Positions 37,101 through 49,100 of a DNA stretch of 61,125 nucleotides are shown piece by piece (the stretch's first letter is position 1; the number at the start of each line of letters is the position of its first letter). Below the pieces are notes generated by a model that saw only the letters and a program-made list of their open reading frames with translations, was not told where the DNA came from and made no database searches. The stretch is from Nemertoderma westbladi. Taxonomy: Eukaryota > Animalia > Xenacoelomorpha. A program made the translations under genes and the position numbers. The stretch spans positions 1 to 61,125 of the forward strand of contig JAUCBJ010005067.1 of the NCBI GenBank assembly GCA_032718475.1. Direction: 5' to 3'.

Positions 37101-40100
37101 ACTGGATTAAGGTATTTTGGTCCGCCGCGCTATTAACTTTTATTGGCAAATTGATATTAGGTGAAGGGGGGAGTGGCCAAACCATTTCCAAAATTTTGCA
37201 TATTTTATATGTTGCTTTAATTTTTCTATTGTAATACTGTAGTGGATGTGAGTATTAGTGATGTAGTAGGATTGGTGAAGCTGATTGGTGAAGTGTCAAA
37301 CTGAAAAACCCCAACCCAGCCCGATTTAAAACCGAAATTGACTCACCTGGGTAAGTAGAATTGTGTGAGAATATACAATGTTGATTTCTAGTTATATAGT
37401 TTTTAGTCGCCGAATTAGAAATGAACTTTGAATGAAATTTATTCATTATAATTTTCTATTTTATCATATGTAAACCAGTAACCACCGTAGTATATAATTT
37501 TTTGGGTGGTGTTTGGGAGCGGTTTAGGGAGTAATTGAAGATCCTTGTTTATTTTTTCGAAAATACGCGACAAAAAAATATTGTGAGATCAATAAACTAT
37601 ATTTCACATTATTTATATGACTCCCTAGTATAGTAACTACGTAACTTACCCTGGATCGGGTTACTTCCAGACGTGGTTTCTTTGCCAACCGGTCTTTGCG
37701 ACTCAAACTACGCCGGTAGTGTGCGTCTTTCGATTTATTCAACGTCAGCCCTTCTTTGGACATTTCCTTATCAAACTGATCTGCATTCCTCTTCAAAGCC
37801 TGAAATAAAAACGAAGGTGGTATAATGGTATTATAATATATTAGGTGTTAGCCCACTCCAGTGGTATAACATTAGGTGTTAACCCACTCAGGTGCAATAA
37901 CATTAGGTGTTAGCCCACTCCAGTGGTATAACATTAGGTGTTAGCCCACTCCAGTGGTATAACATTAGGTGTTAGCCCACTCGAGTGGTATAACATTAGG
38001 TGTTAGCCCACTCAGGTGCAATAACATTAGGTGTTAGCCCACTCAGGTGCAATAACATTAGGTGTTAGCCCTCTCAGGTGCAATAACATTAGGTGTTAGC
38101 CCACCCGGGTGCAATAACATCAGGTGTTAGCCCACTCAGGTGCAATAACATTTTAGGTGTTAGCCAACTCCACTCCAAGCCTACTCCAGTGGTATAAAAT
38201 TAGGTGGCATCCCACTCTAGTGGTATAACATTGAGTTACAGTGACAGGAATGAGGGACAATATACTTCAAGGGTGTTAGGTTAAATAGACGTTTATTATA
38301 TGAAAACGTATATTATATTAAAACGTAAATTATACAATATGCAATATGGCAAACTTAGTATAAATATTTACTTTGTAATATTACTGTACATACATGGTCA
38401 GCAACGCGATCCATTCATTAACCCTGGCACAGCCAATATAAAGTAACTCCGGAAATATGATTTCAAATAATCCCACCCAGTTATACCTTGGTTGCTAGGG
38501 CAACCAAAGATAACAAACTTCAGTTCTCTTTAGTGAATGAGTGCTGCTTATTGCAGTATTGAATGTTCTGTTACTGTAAATGTTTCTTAATCTTAGTAAT
38601 TTAGTATTTATTGTATTTAATTAATGTTTATTTTTACAATTATTGATATTTAAAGTTCTGCCTTAGTTCCATGTCAAACGCAAATAAATACTATTGAATT
38701 TATTACCGAAAACTTCGAAATGACTATGACTCTCCGTTCTACAAACAACTGGCCATTGTTGCTATCGTTTATTCAATCTGTGATCTTTCTAATACTAATC
38801 ACAAGGATCGCAAGTCAGACGGTCGCTCCAGCAGACCCTATAGATTGCTACCAATGCCAATGGTGTTACGGAAACAATGATCATTTCTGTATGAACAAAA
38901 CTGGTGAATCGTCAGAAAGCTGTAAGAATGAGAGTATACCTGACGGCCCTGTAACTAAATGCGTCGAAAGCCGTTGCTACTATATCGCTATGAAGATCGG
39001 TGGTACCTTAGTGACCGTATCACGGGGGTGTCTGGAGGACAACAAGGAGCTATTGGGTGTCGCGTCTGCCGACATACCAGACGACGATATAGACCAATGT
39101 GTGGAACTGGTAGACAATCCAGACTCGAGGTTTAGATTAGGGAGTTCTACTTCCAGTATGTGTATGTGTTACCGATTCTGTAACTCTCCCTTTTGTAACG
39201 CGGAAGCAGTAGATACCAGTGGAGGTTCCCAACCATTGTACTCGTTCCTTTTGCAGGGCCTCGTTGCGTTCTACTTTATATATTGTGCTGTGATCCGGGG
39301 ATGATCCATGTTAGTTAAAAGGAATAAATACAAGTTTCTTACTTCACAATCCAACGAATACACTCTTATCTCGAAATCGATTTAATTGATTATATGTTTA
39401 AAATAATTTTCACAATTCTAAAAATAAGCTATTAATAATAATGTCTAATAAGCCAACTGTCGATAATATGTTGGATTTTATTTCGGTGTATTTTTCATGT
39501 TTTTTAGTTTGATGCTATTGTAAATGATGATAAAAGAAATGTAGTAATTTCAATTGACCACTACAATTCAGTTATTTTTGTGTGAGTGTATTGAGTCTTA
39601 GGAGGGAAGGTGTAAAACGCGGATCCGGATCCAGATTCCAAAATTATCAATTAAGGGAAAGGAGCAGGTTACAGTGGCACGTTATTTTAACCAAAACAAT
39701 AAACTAAAGTCAATAGAACAGGTTACAGTTTTATTTTTGGGAGTTATAAAAATGTAAAAAAATCGACTTCCGTTGGGACAATGTTAAATGTAGAATCCGG
39801 ATCCGGATCCACGTTTTACTCTGACCCGTCTTAGGAGTGAGTCAGGTTGGCGGAATGACAGCGAGTAAAAAGTGATGACTAGAAACTAGAACTAGTGAGT
39901 TGATTATAATAGTACCGAGCGAAATTATTACTTTATAAGTTACAAATTGAAGTAAAAGATAGTGGATTTTCCAGAAGATAAAAAAACTTTACATAATTTT
40001 TGTATAGGGGGGAAACCAGACGCAAAACAATCTCAGCGAATTAATATATCTGTCTTCTCATTGTTAAATCAATTTAGGGAAATTATCAGGTAACAATGAT

Positions 40101-43100
40101 GGCAGGTTATTAGCATCGATCCCGCTCCCCCTATCTTGTGAGTTTCAAAATTGTTTGGTTTTGGCTATAATTTGGAATATAGGTACCTAAGATGCTATTC
40201 TACATGACAGGTCAGAAATTTTTTTTTTCCGCTATTTAATATTAGTTAATACTAGTTAACAATAAAAAAAACTTGGTTGCGCTTAAAACCCTAAGGCTTT
40301 TACAGTTTTGAATTTAATCACATGAAAGTTTTTTTATATGATAGACCAAAGATGGGGCAACATAACTATCAGGCGAAATTTTGTGAAAATAATTCTGCAC
40401 CGCTAGGTGGCGCTGAAAATTTATGCTAAATTTTTAGGTTTGTTATTAACTTAATTAATTTTAAAATTAATTAAGTTTTAAATTAATAAAATTATTGAAA
40501 TTAATTTTATTAACAAAAAATTTCTAAAAGTTGTCTGATACTTTTATGCAGGGTGGCTACGTAGACACCCACAGAAAGTTTCAGACTTATTACTCAAAAA
40601 TTGTAGAAGTAGTAGGGTTTTGAAGTTGATAATTTCATAAAAAATATATTTGGAGATAATCGACCTTTCATTATACATAGTAATAGTAATTTCAATAGGT
40701 CTCCCTAAATGGAAATTGTTATAACTTGATAACTAAAAGTGCTATTAAATAGCGGTTTTCAGATTTGGAAACACCATTCAATGGTGCATTATAATAGATC
40801 ATAAAAATAATTTCGACATATAAATAATAATAATTAATAAAATAGCAGCGGGATAAATAATCTTAGATAGAAAAATAATAAATTTGAAAGTAAGGGACGA
40901 GCTATGAAGATGATCAGTCTTTGAAGTCTTAAGTTTTTTATGGAAATAAAAGTTTGCTACGTGACGTACTGTAATTCGCCCAGGACCAATTACAGTAGCA
41001 CAAATTTCAAACTAAAATATTGAACAAGACCAGAAAGACTGAGTCAAGGTCAAGGTCAAACCGGGACAAGGACATCAGACATCGGTCTTCTGTCTTCTTA
41101 CATGGGTGAGATAGTGACCCGGCCAACCCCAAAACTTTAACGCAAAATAACGACCTCGTTTGTCAATAAATGACTCTCATAACTCCAGACCGACTGCAGG
41201 CTGTATTCATGAAAGCTAGGTTATCATATTAATTAGTCTAACCTATTACGTTGAATATACACGTTGTGAAACCTTCGCGCAGCACTAGAGCCTTTATACG
41301 AATGTGTACTAATCTCCATTAGAACCAAAATATAAATTAGTGATGCGTTAAACTGGTAGCAAAATACAGAGGTCCATTTCAATTTTCCCTTGCACGCATT
41401 ATTGTGATTAACAAAGCTTCACCCTCTACCGGCCAACTTTGTATAGATGGTGCAGCATCCCACAAAGTCGCAGCAAATTTTCTAGTACAGTACATTTATT
41501 CAAGTTTCAGCTTAAACTGATTAAAATCACGGAAACGGTGGAAGGTTTTTACTTTCAGTCATTTAGCCCACTAGCGGCAGCATGGAGAACTGCAGAATGA
41601 TCAACTTTCTCAAAAAGACGCAGGCTGTGTTCTATTAAACATCTCGCGGCGGATAATAAATGACGAAAAGAGAGAAGGATTTCACTATCAGAAATTTCAC
41701 TTTCGGCCAATGTGAAGAATACGAAACTTTCTGCCGTTATATTTAACTTTGCAGTTACCCCCATGTGAAGAATACCAGGTTTTCACCAAAAACACAGGTT
41801 ACAGAAGGGCTGAATCTAACCAAAACAATAAACGAATTAGGATACGTACAGGTTATAAGACAGAAATAAGCGCTATAAAACACATAATAAAGATAAATTA
41901 AAAAAAATAAAAAATCTTCATATATAAAATTCCAAAAAAAAGTCGACCGAAAAGTGAAATCCTGGTATTCTTCACATGGGCGTCGCTTTCTAGCGGCATA
42001 CTGGAGAGCTGTAGTCGGATTAGCCTCCTTGAAAGACACAACGGATGGTCTACTACAAATCTGCCATGCCAAGTTCCAGAACGAATTAAAATAAATAAAA
42101 TGGTGGAGGGGTCATATAATTGTTTAGACATAGGCCCCTAGCGGCCGACAGGCGAACTGCATAAGTGTCCGTATGTAAACTTTCTAAACTTTTTCCATTG
42201 ATCAGTCCTACAAAGTACAAAGTCTTAGTTTAAAAGGAAGCGAGTTCCTGGGGAATAAGTATTCCAAGATTAGACCGACGCGACAGGTATTCCGACCGAA
42301 AGACAGAGCGACAGACAGACGGACAGTTGAGATAGTGGTGCCCGTATGCTAAGCTTGCTTACTTTCGTAGCTCAAGCTCGCACCACATATAATTCATGAA
42401 TGAATACGGTATTGTTCGGGATGGGAGAACTTAATATATTGAGACTGTAAAAAAAAAACTACGGGGTAAACGCCACGCCTATACCAAAATTCATCCTAGG
42501 CCATCATACTGTGTATTTCAACAATGCGAAACTAAATACAATATAAGTAATTCTAGTTGATCCATTGCGTTGCGGGCAACGTAAAATGAAATATGATACA
42601 AACTTGTTATATCTAAAGCGAAAAGTGAAACAAATACTTATTATATCTAAAGTGAAAATTGAAACACATCTCCATCAATTACAACTCAAAGATCCTGTAG
42701 GTGAAGGCACCAGCTACATAATGTCAGTATATCCGTTATGCAGAGCGGATTACTGCTTTTTATTATAATAAATACCGATTAAAGCTGCTACAACATACAA
42801 CATTATTTTTGTCAAATGTTATTTATTGAAAATAATTTCAGAAAATTATTATGCTGTCTGCAGGCTGCAGCTGGATAAAATAGCGTAGTGTTTAATTTTA
42901 TTAGAAATTTGCAACATTACAAAAGTAAGTCAGCTCGTGTCTGCGTGTTGTGTAACGTTATGAGATGGATAGCAGGATGCAATGTGTGGTTTATATCTGC
43001 CTGTCTGTATGCGAAGCGCGAAGGGCAGAAGGGGGTGGGGTGAGGTGAGAGGCCAAGGCAGTAGTCCCGTTTGCCCGTTGCTTAGGAGTTAGGTTCAGTG

Positions 43101-46100
43101 CGACTCCCAGCCGGCCGGATCCCGGTTGCCGCTTGACTGCTTGAGATGTTTTTCCACTACAGCACCGAAAGCCTGCGCATAAACCCGCAAGGTTGCAAAT
43201 GACTGAATGAGGTGAAAAAATCGGAAATGTGTGAAAAACACAAAAGTTTGCGGTAAACTGTGCAAAACATCAAAAAACTTTTTCATTATGAAAATGTACC
43301 GATACAGTATATTTAACAATTGATTGAGGTATTTTCTAAGTATTGATTGTGTGTCCTGTATAGTTTAACTTTTGTATAATTCAGTGCATCGATGATCAAC
43401 CTATTCAACATTCAGTATACTATCTAACTTACTTGTAGTTACTATTTATTGCTGCAGGCCTTATTAACTGATTAAGGACGCTGTTAATATTTACTTTGTA
43501 TATGATTTACTTCTTACTTTGTGGGCGCGTTTATCGGTAGATGCGCGGCACATTGTAGGCCTACAACATTGCGCGACTGTAAAATTGTGCGCTATTCCGT
43601 TGGCCCGTGATAGTTGGATCTGTCTGTGTGTTTTCCATATACTTTCGTTATACCGGTATTGAAAAATAGGTCTCACCACGGATCAACAGAGTTTCTACTC
43701 CCAATTGGAATTTCAGATTTTAGGATTACCTAATAAAATTACATATTTTCGTTCGTCCAGAAAATAATAGTTCAATTTTCGAATAAAATATTGTACCTTA
43801 GCACTTTATATTATTACAGTTGTGGTCTAATTTTAAAATGATGCAAACTGTAGTCTTATAAAGTGATGGGTTAAAAGTCGAAGACTTGATGTAAATAGAA
43901 ATTACATGACTACAAATTACAGTTGATAAATAGTGTTTTGTATTGTTAATTCAATTTGAGTCAAACAAACTAGCATAAACATAGCCTTAAAGTTGGATTG
44001 ATTTCTGGAAACCACATAAAGTGATACAAAACAGGGCGATACCTAATAATAGACAAGTAAAAATAAGTGTTAATAGTTATACCAAATACGTTTAATACCT
44101 TTGAACTGTTTCGGTGAGGAAACGTCGAATACCACAAGCGATGTCAAGTCTGTATCAGAGTGTTCGCGATATGATAAGCAACGACGCAATGGACAATAAT
44201 GGCGGCGAAAGATCATCCTTGCTAACAAACGGTGTGTCGGCGCCTATAGTTACCGCTATAGTTACTGGCCACTCTGAAATCCTCAAAAACCTTTCTAGGC
44301 GTCTGCACCACTGTAACACTAGGCACCGCATTGGGCTCCAGTTTCCTACCAAACATACACACAAGCTACTTCAATCTCGACAACTCATCCTTCAACGTGT
44401 TCGGACAGTTCATTAACTTCTTCCTCTACCTGGGTTGGGAACACGATGTGAGTTCGCACCATAACCAATTAAACAACTCGGCGACACAACTCATATTCAT
44501 GAAGCTTCAAGGCAAACCGTTTACATTCATGTCCGTTTACACCGTTCTAACCTTCTTTATAGCCATACTTGTGGATGCTCTCAACCCCCTGTTCAAGACC
44601 TTGGGTCTGTCTGTAGTACGCAATTGGTTAATGAATGGGATTCTCATCCTACATTGGGTCATCATAGCCTACTATATGCTGAGGTATATACGGGCCGTTA
44701 GGAAGTACAATAAACGTGTACAAGAGATAGACACCAGCACAGACCGCGTATAGAGGTTCGTATAAGAGATAAACACCATCACAGACCGCGTATAGAGGTT
44801 CGTACAAGAGATAGACACCAGCACAGACCGCGTATAGAGGTTCGTACAAGAGATAGACACCATCACAGACCGCGCCTAGACGTTCCCTAACTACATAGAT
44901 ATACACCATCACAGACCGCGTATAGAGGTTCGTACAAGAGATAGACACCAGCACAGACCGCGTATAGAGGTTCGTACAAGAGATAGACACCAGCACAGAC
45001 CGCGCCTAGACGTTCCCTAACTACATAGATATACACCAGCACAGACCGCGTATAGAGGTTCGTACAAGAGATAGACACCATCACAGACCGCGTATAGAGG
45101 TTCGTACAAGAGATAGACACCAGCACAGACCGCGCCTAGAGGTTCGTACAAGAGATAGACACCAGCACAGACCGCGTATAGAGCTTCGTACAAGAGATAG
45201 ACACCATCACAGACCGCGCCTAGACGTTCCCTAACTACATAGATATACACCATCACAGACCGCGTATAGAGGTTCGTACAAGAGATAGACACCATCACAG
45301 ACCGCGTATAGAGGTTCGTATAAGAGATAGACACCAGCACAGACCGCGCCTAGACGTTCCCTAACTACATAGATATACACCAGCACAGACCGCGTATAGA
45401 GGTTCGTACAAGAGATAGACACCATCACAGACCGCGTATAGAGGTTCGTACAAGAGATAGACACCAGCACAGAAGACGTTCCCTAACTACATAGATATAC
45501 ACCAGCTCAGACCGCGTATAGAGGTTCGTACAAGAGATAGACACCATCACGGACCGCGTATAGAGGTTCGTACAAGAGATAGACACCATCACAGACCGCG
45601 TATAGAGGTTCGTACAAGAGATAGACACCAGCACAGACCGCGCCTAGAGGTTCGTACAAGAGATAGACACCAGCACAGACCGCGTCCCTAACTACATAGA
45701 TATACACCAGCACAGACCGCGTATAGAGGTTCGTACAAGAGATAGACACAATCACAGACCGCGTATAGAGGTTCGTACAAGAGATAGACACCATCACAGA
45801 CCGCGCCTAGACGTTCCCTAACTACATAGATATACACCAGCACAGACCGCGTATAGAGGTTCGTACAAGAGATAGACACCATCACAGACCGCGTATAGAG
45901 GTTCGTACAAGAGATAGACACCATCACAGACCGCGTATAGAGGTTCGTACAAGAGATAGACACCAGCACAGACCGCGTATAGAGGTTCGTACAAGAGATA
46001 GACACCATCACAGACCGCGTATAGAGGTTCGTACAAGAGATAGACACCAGCACAGACCGCGTCCCTAACTACATAGATATACACCAGCACAGACCGCGTA

Positions 46101-49100
46101 TAGAGGTTCGTACAAGAGATAGACACCATCACAGACCGCGTATAGAGGTTCGTACAAGAGATAGACACCAGCACAGACCGCGTCCCTAACTACATAGATA
46201 TACACCAGCACAGACCGCGTATAGAGGTTCGTACAAGAGATAGACACCATCACAGACCGCGTATAGAGGTTCGTACAAGAGATAGACACCATCACAGACC
46301 GCGTATAGAGGTTCGTACAAGAGATAGACACCAGCACAGACCGCGTATAGAGGTTCGTACAAGAGATAGACACCATCACAGACCGCGTATAGAGGTTCGT
46401 ACAAGAGATAGACACCAGCACAGACCGCGTCCCTAACTACATAGATATACACCAGCACAGACCGCGTATAGAGGTTCGTACAAGAGATAGACACAATCAC
46501 AGACCGCGTATAGAGGTTCGTACAAGAGATAGACACCATCACAGACCGCGCCTAGACGTTCCCTAACTACATAGATATACACCAGCACAGACCGCGTATA
46601 GAGGTTCGTACAAGAGATAGACACCATCACAGACCGCGTATAGAGGTTCGTACAAGAGATAGACACCATCACAGACCGCGTATAGAGGTTCGTACAAGAG
46701 ATAGACACCAGCACAGACCGCGTATAGAGGTTCGTACAAGAGATAGACACCATCACAGACCGCGTATAGAGGTTCGTACAAGAGATAGACACCAGCACAG
46801 ACCGCGCCTAGACGTTTCCTTACTACATAGATATACACCAGCACAGACCGCGCCTAGAGGTTCGTACAAGAGATAGACACCAGCACAGACCGCGTATAGA
46901 GGTTCGTACAAGAGATAGAAACCAACACAGACCGCGTATAGAGGTTCGTACAAGAGATAGACACCAGCACAGACCGCGCCTAGAGGTTCGTACAAGAGAT
47001 AGACACCAGCACAGACCGCGTATAGAGGTTCGTACAAGAGATAGACACCAGCACAGACAGCGCCTAGGCGTTCCCTAACTACATAGACACCAGCACAGAC
47101 CGCGCATAGAGGTTCCATAACTACTGTTGGTGTGTACCAGATTGCTTATCTTAACAATGTGATAATATGAGATTGGGGGGGAAACTCGACACAAATCCCG
47201 CCTTGGCGAATTAATATCCCGCATCAATGTTAAATTCTCAAATTAGGGAAAGGAGCAGGTTACAGTGGCACGATATTTTAACAAAAACAATAAACTAAAC
47301 ACAATAGAACAGGTTACAGTTTTGTTTTTGAGAGTAAACAGTTGTTATTTGCGTCGTATTTCCCCTGGAGAGGGATGAATTTTTATTGCGTCCAGTTTCC
47401 CCCCCTATTTGGATGATATTTACAGGACCTATCCCATTAGATGTGACAATGTATTCAAATAATCTCATGCAAAATCTGGAACGGGAAAGCAAAAAAACAG
47501 AACGGGTGGGTACATTGAGTACTTCTAATTAGAGAATACTTTTACCGTTTTTGATTTTAGGTTAGAAAATTATGCTTTTCTAATTATTAATACTCATCCC
47601 ATCAGTAGGCTTTCAATCACCACTTATATTAATTGTTGCATATTAATTGAATTATTTTTATTGTAATGTAATGTTTAATAAAGCAGTAACAGCACTAAAC
47701 ACCAATAATGAAGAACCAACAGATAAAAACAGTATTATTATTTTAATTGTATCAGTAATAACCGAATACATGTGAAGAATACCAGACTTTCTGCCCTTAT
47801 ATTTCACTTTGCAGTTACCCTCATGTGAAGAATACCAGACTTTCACCAAAAACACAGGTTACAGAAGGGCCGAATCTAACCAAAACAATAAACGAATTAG
47901 TATATGTACAGGTTATAAGACAGAAATAAGCGTTATAAAACACTTAATAAAGATAAATTAAATAAAATATAAAATCTTCATAAAATTCCAATAAAAAGTC
48001 GACCGAAAAGTGAATTCCTGGTATTCTTCACATGGGCGAGGTAATTGATATAATGCATTATGGCATAATTTTTGCAATTTTTGTTTTTTTATTTATTATG
48101 TGATCAGATTTACAGATTTTTAATAATATTGGTTTGCTGTGCAAGAGATATAGGCGTTAGTTTAGTAGTAAGTTTAGAAGTTAGTAAGAGTTTCTGGGTT
48201 TTTTTAGTATTAGAAGTCGTAATAAATCAGCAGGACAGGTCAATATCAGGTAAACAAACTTTTTTTACGTTTTTGCTCTGTAATGAATAATTATTTGTAT
48301 AACTTTCTTTAAAATGGTGGATTGTTAAATATAATATAGTGTTTAATGTTAACCCACAGAAAATTATTATAAACTTTGTTTGTTAGCCAGTGATTGATTT
48401 ATGTTTGCAAAACTCTTAAAGGAGGTCGTTATAAAGTTCAGTATGTCACGCCTAGACGGGCCTGCTGGCCGACTTGCGTGACACTTTGTGACATGGGTTA
48501 TCCGTTTTTTTTACATTCAACTCAATCACAATCAAATCATTCCTTCAATCTCTTCGAATGATGAATTAAACTATTCTTTAGCTATATAGCTTCGTACACT
48601 CCCGATGCCCAGGTACATTTAAATTTTAGAAGTGTTGCAGGGGGGGGGGGGGGGGGGGCATATTAATAAAAAAAGGGTCGGTGCCAAGATCGAGTTGAAT
48701 AGCACTTACCCTTCGAGGCATTACAGGGTAGGAATCCCTATTGAGTATTCGTTTCATCTTTATTTGTGCTCGATTCTCGCGTATCTCTGCCGCTAGATGG
48801 CGAACTTCTTTCATTTCTTCGTCGTCGCTAACCATATCATCATCGTACTCACCTAGGCAACACGAATTAATTATAATTATACTTCCCGACATAACAACCC
48901 GCCTCTTTCCTAAGTACTCCTCCCTACTTCCCGACATACCAACCCGCCTCTTCCCTAAGTCTCTCCTCCCTACTTCCCGACACACCAACCCGCATCTTCT
49001 CTAAGTCACTCCTCCGTACTTCCCGACACACCAACCCGCATCTTCCCTAAGTCTCTCCCCCCTACTTCCCGACACACCAACCCGCCTCTTCGCTAAGTCT

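Noticed and set aside
345-48660. Numerous long C/G homopolymer runs as functional G-quadruplex elements
   Set aside because: Several are just transposon termini, and homopolymer length is error-prone in sequencing. No consistent positional pattern.
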